A DNA stretch of 64,000 bases from an uncultured delta proteobacterium (GTDB lineage Bacteria; Myxococcota; Myxococcia; Myxococcales; Myxococcaceae). This document shows, one piece after another, positions 48,350 to 59,042 of the stretch. The stretch's first letter is position 1; the number at the start of each line of letters is the position of its first letter. The stretch lies in the NCBI GenBank assembly GCA_963713045.1, contig CAVQKE010000003.1, positions 832,001 to 896,000 of the forward strand, in the 5' to 3' direction. Below the pieces are notes generated by a model. The model was not told where the DNA came from. It searched no databases and was given only the letters and a program-made list of their open reading frames with translations. A program made the position numbers and the translations under genes.

Positions 48350-51300
48350 CGAAGCTTGAGGTCGATTCCCAGGTTGCCGATGGGGAGGTCGCTGTAGGCG
48401 TTGTCCCACTGGGCCTGTGCAGAAAACCGGTTGTCGAAACGGTACTCGGCTTGTGCGTGCGTGCCCCTGCCGGACACGGGCTGACTGACACTGAGCTTAA
48501 GCTGGTCCACCAGGAACTTCGACTCCAATTGCGCGGTCGGTTCGACCAAGCCAGTGCCTTCGCTGTACTGGGTCGAGATTCGAAATGCCGGGTCGCGCAA
48601 AACGTCATTGCGGGGCAAGAAGCGCTGCACCTGCCGGTCGAGCCCGGAGGCTTGGTACAGCGCCTCAGCCGCCAAGCCGGCACCTGCGCCAGCCGTTCCG
48701 GAGATGCCAGCCTGCTCGCGGGCGGTGAGGCCCAAAGTCAACAGTGAGAGGACGTCCCGCTCCGGAAGCGCCGGGTCGCTGGAAAACTGGACTTGCGGAG
48801 CGCTGGAGCGCCCAAAGGCGTGCAGCCGGATTTGGTAGTCCCGGACCTGGGTGTCGGCGTAGACGTCGAAGACTCCCTCGAGACTGTGGTGGTCCTTGAA
48901 GTCCGCCACTCCTTGGGTGATGGAGAAGGCATTGCCGCGGAAAAACGCCTGGCTGCCCTCTCCGGCCTCCACCGAGCCCACCAGGCCGGGGTGCAGGTTG
49001 GTGCCAGTGACGCGCAAGTCTCCCAAAAGTCGCGCTCGGGCCACGTTGTTCTCCACCCGGGCATCCTTGAGGTGAAGTGCCACGTCCAACGTCAGCCACT
49101 CCGCTCCATGTTCGCCCTCCGAACCTCCACCCAGCCCCTTTTGGCGGACCAACGCATCCACACCGAAGGGACGGACGTAGCGCAAGCGATTCACGTCGAG
49201 CTCTCCCGAGAGCCGCAGCGCCCCTGGCTTGCCCGACAACAAGAGTTCACCGGTCGCTCCGAACGGGGCGTCCTCGAGCACGCGCAAGGTGACGTCGTCC
49301 AGGTGGACGGCCGCCGCCAATTGCGTCACCGCGAAGCCTCCCCAGGAGAGGTCACCGCGGGTGACGATTTTTCCATCGTTGAGTTGGCCGCTGATGTCGG
49401 ACCACAAGACGCGCGTCTCGCTGAAGTCAACGCGGCCGGTCAGCCCGCGGAGCTCGACACCGGTGTCGCGGACCACAAACCCGACGTCGAGAAGGGCGGC
49501 TTTCCCCAAGAGGGAGGGCTCCTTCGGGTTCCCCTGCGCTGTCCCCGACACTTCGAGGCGTCCGCCGAGGCGGTCCAGGACGTGCACAAAGGGCTGCACC
49601 AGTCGGAGGTCCAGGGTGCCGTCCACCTTGCCGTCCATCGCCCGAGCCGAGGCGAAGCCAGAGACGGAGAGGGCTGTTTCCGGACCCCGAAGCGTGACGC
49701 CGGCCGTCTCCACCCTGCCCTTCCCGAACCGAAACTCCCACACTCCGTCATTCTCGGCGCGGACGTCGGAACGCTGCAGGCGCAGTTGTTCCAGTCGGAG
49801 CTTCCCCTCGGCTGCCTCCAGTTCCAGGAGCGAGCCGCTGGCCACGAGACTTCCCCGAACCACACCCTGCCAGCCCTCCCCGAGGAGCGGACGAATGTCG
49901 CTGAGGGCCAGGTCAAGCTTCCCCTCAAACGGGTAGGGCCGACGGATGTCGGCTGTGAGGTGCACTTCGGCCTCGCCAATGGGTCGACCCGACACTTCAA
50001 ACTTCTCACCCAGGAGGTGGCCTTCGAGCCGGATCGGCCCCAAGGAACGGGCTGCCAGGGTGGTCTGCGGAGCCGTCAACGTGACGCGGGCATCCGGGAC
50101 GTCGGCAGTGCCCTGCACCGTCCCGTTCAGTGTCAGGACCGCGTGGGGCTTCGCCCCCCGTGCCGACTGGCCGAGGAGTTCCTCCAAGGACATGCCGTCG
50201 ATGCGGAAGCGGAAGTCGAGCACGTCCCCCGTCGTCAGACGCCCTTCGCCCTGGCTCGTGCCGAGCGGCCCGCGAAGCGTCAGCGGCAGCAGCTCGATGG
50301 TGTCGCCCCGAATCCGGAGATGCAGCGCGCCGTTGCCCATTCGTCGCTCGTAAAAGGCGACGTCGGTGGCTGCGAAATCTACATCGGCCGCGAGGTCGCT
50401 CGACGGGCCCCACAGGTGGAGCTCGCCATTGGCATTCCCGGTGAGCACCTTGCGCAGAGGTTGCCAAACCTGCGACAGCGGGGCGATGACCTCGACCAGG
50501 TCCTCCACCTTCCCCTCGCTCATGCGCGCTCGCGCTTCCAGAGCGAGCGACTCACCGCGAAAGTCGAGCTTCGCGGTGCCGGCATAAGCGGAGTGCCCGC
50601 GGAGGCCAGCCACCTCTGGAAAGCTGAGAACGCCGTCTGCGAAGTGAAGAGGACTCTTCACCGTGCCGAGGGCGAAGTGCCGGAACTCGCCGTCGCGCAG
50701 CGCGACGTCTGCGTCGATGTGCACCATTTGGCCCCAGGGAAGCCCCAGCGAGAACCGCGCGGAGCCAACGCCCGACCATGGAATCCCAATCAGCGGGCCG
50801 ACCTCCCGCAGGTCGAGCGGGTCGATGGCGCCCGAGATGGACAATCCGACGGCCTGTTGGAAGCCAAGCTTGGCATCGACTTTGGCGCGGGCATCGCCCA
50901 CCCGGAGTTCGGCGTCCCGGAGCTCCACCCGGTCGGGCAGCACGTGCAGCTCGAGGTGAATGTCGCCAGCCGGAAAGGCGAGGACCGGCGGCTGCCCCCG
51001 TGGATGTTTCTCCACCGGCCCGGGCGTGAAGAGGAAATTCGCCGCATGCAGCGTCGCCTCGCCCTGCAGTTGCGGCGTCGGGACAAGCTTCCCCTGTGCC
51101 GTCACCTGGCCGGTGACGGCGAAGTCGACCCACGAGCCAGCCACCCCCGCCCGGTCCAGCACGCGCGCCAGGCTTGCCGAGTCGAGGTCCGCCCTCAGTT
51201 TGACGGGGAGGCCAGCCACCAGGTGGACGGTCCCGGAGACTTTCACCTGCCCCGGCGACAGCGGGAGAACGAGGTCATGCAGGACGAGTGTTTCTCCGGC

Positions 51301-52227
51301 CAACGCAAAGTGCGCACTGAAGTCACCCGGACGCGCGGGCGGAAATTCTAGGCCTTTCCCCAAGACCTCTCCGCTCAGGCGGAGGTCGGGAGCGCGACCG
51401 CTCACCGCCAGGCGCGCCCAGAGATGACCGGCGGAGCCCGGCATGGCCCCAGTGGCTCGGGTCAAGGCCCGCATCGGCAGAAACGCCTGAGCATCCAGCG
51501 CCAAGCTGGGGTGACACAGGTCATCGACGCGACCGCTGAAGGAAAGGTCGGCTTCGCCCACCGACAGCTCGCCGCGCGTTATCTCCAAGTCGCGTCCCGC
51601 CCGCGCCAACTCTCCTTCGACCCGCAACCCCGTCAGTGGCAGCGGTGCAACCCCGTTGCCCGGGTCCAGGCTGCCATGGGAGGTCTCGAGACGAAACTCC
51701 GCTGCGCGGCGTCGCATCCGCCAGCCGACGGAGATTTCCTCCACGTCCACCGCCCGCCCTCCGGGAAGCACCACGTGGGCTTCGCCTCCACGGATGTCCA
51801 GGTTGTCGATGGAGACGGCCTGCAGGGCTTGGAAGGGACAGACTCCCGGCGGGCGGTTGGCGGTGAGCTTCGAAACATCCAGGTGGACCCGCGGCCGGGT
51901 GACCTGGAGGCGATCGAGCAAGACGCGGCCGGTAAACGGCTCGAAGCCACCCAGCGTCACCTCCACTTGGTCGGCACTGAAGAGCGGCGTCTCGTCGCCG
52001 CTGGCGTAGACGGAGACGCCTCCGAAGCGGACTGTCCGTGTCGAGGCGTCGACCTCGCACCGGCCAATCCCCACCTCGGCGCCAAGTGCCCTTGGAAGCT
52101 CTCGTCGGGCCAGGGTGCAGAGCTGGTCCCAGGCCACCTGAGAGCGCAGGACGAGCATCACCCCCACCGCCGCCAGCACCCCCAGCACCAGGGCGACCAG
52201 CAGCTTGCGGGAACCGGAGGTGGTCAC
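48334..52227 (-). CDS. tamB: TamB / DUF490 translocation and assembly module protein
   Basis: N-terminal TM, long beta-taco body, FSSDPALPERDVLSLL, C-terminal DLKLRWEVE. Confidence 0.88.
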   Translation of the reverse strand: MTTSGSRKLLVALVLGVLAAVGVMLVLRSQVAWDQLCTLARRELPRALGAEVGIGRCEVDASTRTVRFGGVSVYASGDETPLFSADQVEVTLGGFEPFTGRVLLDRLQVTRPRVHLDVSKLTANRPPGVCPFQALQAVSIDNLDIRGGEAHVVLPGGRAVDVEEISVGWRMRRRAAEFRLETSHGSLDPGNGVAPLPLTGLRVEGELARAGRDLEITRGELSVGEADLSFSGRVDDLCHPSLALDAQAFLPMRALTRATGAMPGSAGHLWARLAVSGRAPDLRLSGEVLGKGLEFPPARPGDFSAHFALAGETLVLHDLVLPLSPGQVKVSGTVHLVAGLPVKLRADLDSASLARVLDRAGVAGSWVDFAVTGQVTAQGKLVPTPQLQGEATLHAANFLFTPGPVEKHPRGQPPVLAFPAGDIHLELHVLPDRVELRDAELRVGDARAKVDAKLGFQQAVGLSISGAIDPLDLREVGPLIGIPWSGVGSARFSLGLPWGQMVHIDADVALRDGEFRHFALGTVKSPLHFADGVLSFPEVAGLRGHSAYAGTAKLDFRGESLALEARARMSEGKVEDLVEVIAPLSQVWQPLRKVLTGNANGELHLWGPSSDLAADVDFAATDVAFYERRMGNGALHLRIRGDTIELLPLTLRGPLGTSQGEGRLTTGDVLDFRFRIDGMSLEELLGQSARGAKPHAVLTLNGTVQGTADVPDARVTLTAPQTTLAARSLGPIRLEGHLLGEKFEVSGRPIGEAEVHLTADIRRPYPFEGKLDLALSDIRPLLGEGWQGVVRGSLVASGSLLELEAAEGKLRLEQLRLQRSDVRAENDGVWEFRFGKGRVETAGVTLRGPETALSVSGFASARAMDGKVDGTLDLRLVQPFVHVLDRLGGRLEVSGTAQGNPKEPSLLGKAALLDVGFVVRDTGVELRGLTGRVDFSETRVLWSDISGQLNDGKIVTRGDLSWGGFAVTQLAAAVHLDDVTLRVLEDAPFGATGELLLSGKPGALRLSGELDVNRLRYVRPFGVDALVRQKGLGGGSEGEHGAEWLTLDVALHLKDARVENNVARARLLGDLRVTGTNLHPGLVGSVEAGEGSQAFFRGNAFSITQGVADFKDHHSLEGVFDVYADTQVRDYQIRLHAFGRSSAPQVQFSSDPALPERDVLSLLTLGLTAREQAGISGTAGAGAGLAAEALYQASGLDRQVQRFLPRNDVLRDPAFRISTQYSEGTGLVEPTAQLESKFLVDQLKLSVSQPVSGRGTHAQAEYRFDNRFSAQAQWDNAYSDLPIGNLGIDLKLRWEVE

Positions 52228-52240
52228 GGCCGAGCCTTCC

Positions 52241-53158
52241 TCAAGCCTCGAGGTCGTCGAGGTAGCGGTCGATTTCGGCGAGGTCGACCCGTTCCTCGGA
52301 GGGAGCCTTCGGCGGAGGAGCAATGTTTGCCGGTTCCGCCGAAGAGAATCCGATGGAAAGAGAACGCGCAATCTCGCCAATGCGCGCCGCGTCGACCACC
52401 GTCTCGCGGGCCAGATAGGCCTCGAAGAGCGCGTTGTCGCAGAGGGTGTTGATGACGCGCGGGCTGCCGCCGCTCAGCTGGTGCAGTGCTGCCATGGCCT
52501 CCGCCGTGAAGGGGAGTCGGGTTCCACCGGCGGTCTGGATGCGGTGCCGGACATAGGCTTCCGTGGACGCGAGTGTGAACGGCTCGAGGCGATAGCGCAT
52601 GGAAACGCGCTGAGCGAGGGGCGGGTCCAGTCTCAGGTTTTGCTCGACATCTGGGAGTCCAAAGAAGACGAAGCTGATGAGCTTCCGCTCCGGCACCTCG
52701 AGGTTGAGCAGTCCTCGAAACTCCTCCATCAACTCCTTGGAGGCGAGCATCTGCGCCTCGTCGATGAGAACCACCGCCTTGCGACCCTGTTCATGAATAT
52801 GCATCAGACGCTGATAGAGCTGTCCCAGCAACGCGAGCTTCTCGTTGGCTGGGTTTTCCACCCCCAGCTGTAAGGCAATCCGCTTGAGGAGCCAGCCCGC
52901 CGTGACGCCGGAGTGAATAATAACGAAAAGCGCCGCTTCATATTCCTCCTCCGGCAGAGCATCGAGCAGCCGACGGGCCAAGGTCGTCTTCCCTGCGCCG
53001 ATGTCCCCCACCAGGACGCACAAGCCCTTCATGTTCGACACCGCGTGCCGCAAACGCACCAGCGCCTGCGCGTGCTGCGGGGACTCGAAGTAGAAGCGCG
53101 TCACCGGCGCATTGGAGAAGGGCTCCTCGGAGAGGCCGAAATGGTCCAGGTAGCTCAT
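52241..53158 (-). CDS. ExeA/GspA-family AAA ATPase
   Basis: YLDHFGLSEEPFS, GDIGAGKT, LIDEAQ, GSPRVINTLCD. Confidence 0.9.
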   Translation of the reverse strand: MSYLDHFGLSEEPFSNAPVTRFYFESPQHAQALVRLRHAVSNMKGLCVLVGDIGAGKTTLARRLLDALPEEEYEAALFVIIHSGVTAGWLLKRIALQLGVENPANEKLALLGQLYQRLMHIHEQGRKAVVLIDEAQMLASKELMEEFRGLLNLEVPERKLISFVFFGLPDVEQNLRLDPPLAQRVSMRYRLEPFTLASTEAYVRHRIQTAGGTRLPFTAEAMAALHQLSGGSPRVINTLCDNALFEAYLARETVVDAARIGEIARSLSIGFSSAEPANIAPPPKAPSEERVDLAEIDRYLDDLEA

Positions 53159-53173
53159 GAGGCGTCGGGGTTA

Positions 53174-55864
53174 CTACAGGTAGCCCACCTTGCGTGCCCT
53201 TGAACCGGCGGAGGGGCCCTCCGGGCCAGGCTCTCCGCGCACCCGCTCGCCGCGTGACTGCGCCGCCCCATCATCCTCCGGCTGGGCAACCAGCGACAGC
53301 CGTGCCACCAACTTCTCCACGTCGCGGTGCTGGGGGTCCAGTTCCGCAACTCGCTGGTACTGGTAGAGAGCACGCCCAGGCGCTCCTGCCGCCTCATAGG
53401 CCGCACCCAAGTCGTAGCGCAGCGCCACTAGAGTCGGTCCCGAGGCGTGCTCTGTGGCCAGGGCCCGGAGGTAGGCCTCCACCGCCTTTTGACGGTCGCC
53501 CTTCATGCCTTCCAAGAGGGCAATCATGGTCAAACAGTCGAGCTCTTTTCGCTTACCGACGCAGCCCTTGCGCGCCACTTCGAACATCTCGATGGCATCA
53601 TCGACGAGGCCCATCTCCTTGTAGGCAATGCCGAGGTCGTAGTGCGTGTCCACGTCGGAGGGCTTGACCACCTTTTCCAGGCCCTTCTTGAACTCGGAGA
53701 AGACCTCGTCCACCGAGTATTGAAAGTCCCCGTCAGAGACTTCGGGGATTGGCTCTTCGCCAGGCAGCGTGGCGAACTCCTCGGCCAGTTCCTCGGCCAA
53801 GTTGTAGGAGCCGGTGCGGATGGGGATGGGCTCAATCCCCGGTGGACGCTCGCCCGCTGAGGCAGGCGGGGGTTGAGGAGGCGCTCGGCCTTCCCGTTCC
53901 AGCGCCTCGACTTGCTGCATCAGCGCCGCCGTGCGCGGGAGCCCGGGACGGACCACCTCCACCGTCTCGAGAATTTCACGTGCCTCGTCCAGAAGCCCCT
54001 GCTCGAGAAAGAAGGTGGCTTCGTCCAGCTCCTCAGACACCGGCCCGCTCTCGATGGGCGTGTGGAGCGCTACCTCCTCCTCAACGACCTGCTCCCCCTC
54101 CTCCGCGAGTTCCTCCGGCGGCGGTGCTTCGAGTTCCTCGGTCAGCGGCTCAGGCGCCTCTTCCGGCGGAAGTTCGACTGGCGACTCGACGCCAGCCTCA
54201 TAGGTGCCGAGCGGCTCCACCGGCGCTTCCTCGTCGTCCGCCACTCCCTCGGCATCCGGCTCAAGAAACGGTACCGCTTCGTTGAATTCTTCGGTGAGGC
54301 GTTGGCGGTGCCGTTCCGGGGGCGGTTGCGCCTCGCGCGCATGAACCGGAGCCGGCGTCAGTGGCTCGTCGTCCGCGTCAGAGACGGGACCCTCCTCGTC
54401 CTCATCCGACATCAGCACCGCATCGTCCGAAACCAGTTCGTCGGAGGCGCCGCTCGCTGCTGAGGCAAGACCAAGGTCGGCGTCGGACTGCGGCTCGAGG
54501 CGTTCCTCGGCATCGAGCGGTGCATCCTCAGACGACACCGCGGCCAACCCCTCGTCGCCGCCGATGGTTCCGTCCGGTCGCAGAACAGCGAGGAAGGCCG
54601 GCATCTCGGGATGGTCCGGGGCCTCTGCCAGCAGAGTGTCCAAGTAGGGTTGGGCACGGTCCGCCTCCAGGCGGCGGGTGAAGAGCCGCAACACGTTGAG
54701 CAGCTGCTCACTTGCCTGGGCCGTCTGATTTGCGCTGCGGTAGATGTGGTACGCCTTCTCGTGCGCGGCGAGGTTCTCCGGGTCGACGGAGAAGATGCGC
54801 CTCAAGTGCTCCAGCGCCTTCTCGTGAAGGCCGTACTTGACGTAGACGTCCGTCTCCGTGAGGAGCTTCTGCACCTGCTCCGGACGCAAGGGCGGAGCCG
54901 CCGGTGGAGGAGCAGGCGGCGGAGGCGGGGCGGCGGCCGACGGTATTGGCCCGGCGTGCGAGATTGGGCCCCGGGCAGCCTCCGCCCTCCATGCCAGCAA
55001 GTCCGCGTCCTGTGGGTCGAGCTGTTCCACCCGTACCCACGCAGCACGAGCCTCAGCGATGCGGTTTCGCTCGGCGTGGAGCTTGGCCATCTCCTTGAAG
55101 ACACTGAGCGTCTTGCTGGAGTGCCCCAGCGCCGTGAAGGCCTCGGCCAGCAGTTTCAGCGTCTCCAAATCGCGCGGGTCGACCTTGAAGCACAGCTGAA
55201 GCTTGGCCAGCGCCCGCTTCGCATCCCCACGGCTGAGGTAGTCGCGGGCCAAGTCTCGCGCCAGCGGGACGTTGTCCGGCTCGAGGGCGGCGATGCGCTC
55301 CAGCACCCGGAGCCTTTCGTCGGCGCGGCCATTCTTCTGGAAGTAGTCCGCCGCACGGCGAAACTCGAGCAGCGCTTCACCGCCCATCCCCTCGCGCGCG
55401 TAGAGTTCGGCAAGTTTCAGGCGACTGGCCACGTTCTCCGGGTCCAGGTCGACCATCTTCTTCAGGGTGTCGAAGGTGGCGCGGGTATCTCCTCGCTTCT
55501 CGTGGTGGGCGACCACCGTCTGGAAGAAGGCCATCGCCTCGGTCAGCAACCCAAGCTGTTGGTGCAAGTCGGCCAGCTTGACATTGACTTCCACCAGCTC
55601 AGGGTTGAGCCGGAGCACCTGCTTGTAGAGGGCGACCGCCTTGAGGAAGAAGCCGTCGCCCGAGTAGCACTCGGCCACCCGGGTGAAAAACGCTGCCGCT
55701 TGGACGTTGTCGTTCTTCTTTTGGAAGAGTTCGCCCATCTTCTGCAGCACCCGCACGTCGCGCGGGTCCGCATCGAGTACCCTCTGGTACTCCTTGATGG
55801 CCTTGTCGTAAGCGCCCTTGGCTACGAGCTTGGTGGCGCCTTCGATGATCTTGTTCTTGTCCAT
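53174..55864 (-). CDS. sgmX: Social motility TPR protein SgmX
   Basis: MDKNKIIE start, N-terminal TPR block, acidic linker, C-terminal TPRs (HYDLGIAYKEMGL), KVGYL tail; position after accC matches M. xanthus as I recall it. Confidence 0.82.
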   Translation of the reverse strand: MDKNKIIEGATKLVAKGAYDKAIKEYQRVLDADPRDVRVLQKMGELFQKKNDNVQAAAFFTRVAECYSGDGFFLKAVALYKQVLRLNPELVEVNVKLADLHQQLGLLTEAMAFFQTVVAHHEKRGDTRATFDTLKKMVDLDPENVASRLKLAELYAREGMGGEALLEFRRAADYFQKNGRADERLRVLERIAALEPDNVPLARDLARDYLSRGDAKRALAKLQLCFKVDPRDLETLKLLAEAFTALGHSSKTLSVFKEMAKLHAERNRIAEARAAWVRVEQLDPQDADLLAWRAEAARGPISHAGPIPSAAAPPPPPAPPPAAPPLRPEQVQKLLTETDVYVKYGLHEKALEHLRRIFSVDPENLAAHEKAYHIYRSANQTAQASEQLLNVLRLFTRRLEADRAQPYLDTLLAEAPDHPEMPAFLAVLRPDGTIGGDEGLAAVSSEDAPLDAEERLEPQSDADLGLASAASGASDELVSDDAVLMSDEDEEGPVSDADDEPLTPAPVHAREAQPPPERHRQRLTEEFNEAVPFLEPDAEGVADDEEAPVEPLGTYEAGVESPVELPPEEAPEPLTEELEAPPPEELAEEGEQVVEEEVALHTPIESGPVSEELDEATFFLEQGLLDEAREILETVEVVRPGLPRTAALMQQVEALEREGRAPPQPPPASAGERPPGIEPIPIRTGSYNLAEELAEEFATLPGEEPIPEVSDGDFQYSVDEVFSEFKKGLEKVVKPSDVDTHYDLGIAYKEMGLVDDAIEMFEVARKGCVGKRKELDCLTMIALLEGMKGDRQKAVEAYLRALATEHASGPTLVALRYDLGAAYEAAGAPGRALYQYQRVAELDPQHRDVEKLVARLSLVAQPEDDGAAQSRGERVRGEPGPEGPSAGSRARKVGYL

Positions 55865-55980
55865 CGGGCGCGGGACACGGTGGGCCGACTGGCGGGACGA
55901 CCGGCAGCCGGCTCCAGGGAAGCCCCGGCCGGGGGCCCCTCGTCCCACCCCGGGGACGCTGGCATACCCTGAGCGGTGAA

Positions 55981-56010
55981 ACGGTAGCGGAACGCCTCCG
56001 GCCGGGTCAA
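55981..56010 (-). promoter_or_regulatory. Putative internal promoter for sgmX-exeA-tamBA
   Basis: Minus strand TTGACC-N18-TACCGT in the accC-sgmX gap. Confidence 0.45.
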
Positions 56011-56077
56011 GGTTGCACCCCAGGCTTTTCCAGAGACTCCGGGGGGTTAGCCCACGTTGGGGCACCCGCTTTCGCCC

Positions 56078-57463
56078 CTACGGCGTCTCCTCAATGGCCC
56101 GCCGCAGCCGACGGGTGCCGCTCTCGCTCGCGAGCAGGCGCTCAACGAAGCGAGTGTCGTACGCGCCGGAGACAAAGGCCTCATCGGCCAACGCCGCCCG
56201 GTGGAAAGGGATGTTGGTGCGGATACCCTCCACCACGTATTCGCCGAGAGCTCGCTGCATCCGGGCAATGGCGGTGGCTCGCTCATCGGCGTACACCACC
56301 ACCTTGGCCAGTAGCGAGTCGTAGTACGGCAACACCGAATAATTCTCGTAGGCCGCCGAATCCACCCGCACACCGTAGCCACCCGGGACCGAATACCCGG
56401 TAATTCTCCCGGGCCAAGGGGCAAACGTCACCGGGTCCTCAGCATTCACCCGGCACTCAATCGAGGCCCCCCGCCAGACGACTTCGGACTGACGCAACGT
56501 CAGCGGCTCGCCGACGGCCAGTTTTATCTGCAGCGACACCAAGTCCAGTGCGGTCACCATCTCCGTGACCGGGTGTTCGACTTGGATTCGGGTATTCATC
56601 TCCATGAAGTAAAAGTCGCCGCGCTCATCGAGCAGGTATTCGATGGTGCCGACATTGTTGTAGCGGATGCGTTCCATGGCCTGGACGCTGACCTCACCCA
56701 TGGTTTGGCGCAGCGCCGGGGTAACGGCGGAAGACGGGCTTTCCTCGATGAGTTTCTGGTGCCGCCGCTGTACCGAGCACTCCCGCTCTCCGAGGTGGAT
56801 GACGTGACCATGCTCATCAGCGACGATTTGAATCTCGATGTGGCGCGGCTTCTCTACATACCGCTCGAGGTACATGTCGCCGTTGCCGAAGGCGTTGGCC
56901 GCCTCGGCGGAAGCGGTGGCAAAGGCCGCGGCCACCACGGATTTCTCACGGACAATTTTCATCCCGCGGCCACCGCCACCCGCGGCCGCTTTGAGGATGA
57001 CCGGGAAGCCGATGGACTCGGCCAATGCCCGCGCCTCGGCGGGGCTCTTCAGCACCCCCTCGCTTCCGGGGAGAAGCGGGATTCCGGCCTTCTTGGCCGC
57101 GACGCGTGCGCTCACCTTGTTCCCCATCAGTCGCAGCATCTCCGGACGCGGCCCGATGAAGCGGATTTTGCAGTTCTCACAAACCTCGGCGAAGTCGGCA
57201 TTTTCCGAGAGGAAGCCGTAGCCGGGATGGATGGCGTCGGCGCGGGTAATTTCCGCGGCCGAAAGAATGGCCGGGATGTTGAGGTAGCTCTCCTTGGAGG
57301 GAGGCGGGCCAATGCAAACCGCTTCGTCTGCGAAACGCACGTGGAGTGCATTGGCGTCGGCGGTGGAGTGCACCGCCACGGTGCGAACGCCGAGTTCTCG
57401 CGCGGCGCGGATAATGCGCAACGCAATTTCGCCCCGATTGGCGATGAGAATTTTCTTGAACAT
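56078..57463 (-). CDS. accC: Acetyl-CoA carboxylase, biotin carboxylase subunit
   Basis: [37 protein letters not shown]. Confidence 0.97.
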   Translation of the reverse strand: MFKKILIANRGEIALRIIRAARELGVRTVAVHSTADANALHVRFADEAVCIGPPPSKESYLNIPAILSAAEITRADAIHPGYGFLSENADFAEVCENCKIRFIGPRPEMLRLMGNKVSARVAAKKAGIPLLPGSEGVLKSPAEARALAESIGFPVILKAAAGGGGRGMKIVREKSVVAAAFATASAEAANAFGNGDMYLERYVEKPRHIEIQIVADEHGHVIHLGERECSVQRRHQKLIEESPSSAVTPALRQTMGEVSVQAMERIRYNNVGTIEYLLDERGDFYFMEMNTRIQVEHPVTEMVTALDLVSLQIKLAVGEPLTLRQSEVVWRGASIECRVNAEDPVTFAPWPGRITGYSVPGGYGVRVDSAAYENYSVLPYYDSLLAKVVVYADERATAIARMQRALGEYVVEGIRTNIPFHRAALADEAFVSGAYDTRFVERLLASESGTRRLRRAIEETP

Positions 57464-57466
57464 CAC

Positions 57467-58018
57467 CTAAAGCGGCTCGATGCGGAATAAGGCCTGTCCG
57501 AATTCCACCGGCTGTCCATTCTCGGCAAGAATTTCGGTCACCTTCCCGGCAACCTCCGACTCAATCTCATTCATCAGCTTCATCGCCTCGATGATGCAGA
57601 TGGCCTGGCCCTTCTTCACCACCGTACCCATTTCAACGAAGACCGGCTGGTCCGGCCCAGCGGCTCGATAGAAGGTGCCCACGAAGGGCGAGGTGACCAG
57701 GACGCCGGGTTGCGCGGCCGCCGGCGCCGTCGGCGGCAGCTCCGGCGCGGTCATTCGCGGACCGCCACCACTCGCCGGGTGCGACGCGGCCGGAGAGGGT
57801 GGATGCGCGGCGGGGGAGGCCGAAGCCACCGCCCCGGGAAGGGTCACGCCGCTCTTCTGAATGACCAGACGCTCGGAGCCACGGCGCCAAGAGATGCGCG
57901 ACACGCTCGAACGCTCGAGCAATTCCGCCAGTTGCTGGATGGTGTCCAGGCTGAAGGGACTGGACGCCTTGGGGTGCGCGGTCTCGGTGTCGTCTTCGAA
58001 CTTCTTCTTTCCCGCCAT
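57467..58018 (-). CDS. accB: Biotin carboxyl carrier protein
   Basis: SPFVGTFY; EAMKLMNE biotin site. Confidence 0.96.
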   Translation of the reverse strand: MAGKKKFEDDTETAHPKASSPFSLDTIQQLAELLERSSVSRISWRRGSERLVIQKSGVTLPGAVASASPAAHPPSPAASHPASGGGPRMTAPELPPTAPAAAQPGVLVTSPFVGTFYRAAGPDQPVFVEMGTVVKKGQAICIIEAMKLMNEIESEVAGKVTEILAENGQPVEFGQALFRIEPL

Positions 58019-58048
58019 CGCTGAATGCCCCCTCTCGGAGCCGTGGGG

Positions 58049-58627
58049 CTACTGCGCGGTGGAAACGCGCGTCAGGTACTTCCCGTCGCGGGTGTCAATC
58101 TTGAGGACATCGCCCTCGTTGATGAACAGGGGCACGTTGACCACATAGCCCGTCTCGAGCTGGGCGGGCTTGCTGGCGCCGGACACCGTGTCACCTCGGA
58201 CGCCGGGGTCGCATTTGGTGACCTTCAAGTCCACGGAGTTGGGAAGGGAAACCCCCAATGCCTTGCCGTTGTAGAAGAGCACGGAGGCCTCAAGGTTCTC
58301 CTTGAGGAAATTCTTGGACTCTCCGAGCACCGCCTCGCCGAGGAAGGTCTGCTCGTAGTTCCGCGTGTCCATGAAGTAGTAGTCATCACCCTGACGGTAG
58401 AGGAACTGCATGGTGCGTTCCTCAATGTCTGGCTTGCCGACCTTGTCCCCGCTCTTAAACGTCGGCTGGAGCACTCGACCGCTGAGCAAACTCTTGATGC
58501 TGGTGCGGACGAAAGCCGAGCCTTTGCCGGGCTTGACGTGCTGAAACTCGACGATTTCGAAGGGTTCCCCGTCAACCTCAATCTTGAGGCCCTTGCGGAA
58601 CTCGGATGTGTCAATCACTCCGGCCAT
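58049..58627 (-). CDS. efp: Elongation factor P
   Basis: FQHVKPGKGSAFVR, PGVRGDT, VPLFI; start at MAGVIDTSEF. Confidence 0.97.
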   Translation of the reverse strand: MAGVIDTSEFRKGLKIEVDGEPFEIVEFQHVKPGKGSAFVRTSIKSLLSGRVLQPTFKSGDKVGKPDIEERTMQFLYRQGDDYYFMDTRNYEQTFLGEAVLGESKNFLKENLEASVLFYNGKALGVSLPNSVDLKVTKCDPGVRGDTVSGASKPAQLETGYVVNVPLFINEGDVLKIDTRDGKYLTRVSTAQ

Positions 58628-58673
58628 CGCGGCTGGGGTGTCTATCCTGGCCAGAGCGCCTTGGGAAGGGTGT

Positions 58674-59036
58674 TTAGAGCTCGGCGCGAATCTTCGGTGC
58701 TGCAATGCGCAGCGCGTAGCGCCCTTTTCCGTAGTTTCCTTCCGGACGGAGCGCAAGGACGACAAAGTAGTCCGGTGAGACCAACCGCATGACGGTAATC
58801 AGCTTCTCGGTGTTGACGCTCACCTCGGCCACCCCACCCGTCTTCAAGAGCGGCGCAGCATTTTTCAACTGCGCCAGGACCGCAGCGTATTCCACCCACG
58901 CCGTGCCAAGCTCGAGGTCGGCGGCTGCCTGGTCCTGAAAGGTCTCCACGGGGATGCCGTCAAACCCCATCACGCTGCAGGCCAGCGCGCCCTCGACTTG
59001 CGACACCACTCCCTGGAGGTGGGCGAGGAAGGACAC
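58674..59036 (-). CDS. mglC: Roadblock/LC7 protein MglC
   Basis: 120 aa; F25-D26-x-I28 and K104/R106/R110 match the interaction residues I recall for M. xanthus MglC; located between efp and the pil genes. Confidence 0.85.
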   Translation of the reverse strand: MSFLAHLQGVVSQVEGALACSVMGFDGIPVETFQDQAAADLELGTAWVEYAAVLAQLKNAAPLLKTGGVAEVSVNTEKLITVMRLVSPDYFVVLALRPEGNYGKGRYALRIAAPKIRAEL

Positions 59037-59042
59037 GGGGCG

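Noticed and set aside
58628..58765. 46-aa N-terminal extension of EF-P in the ORF track
   Set aside because: It overlaps the mglC 3' end; canonical EF-P begins at 58627.
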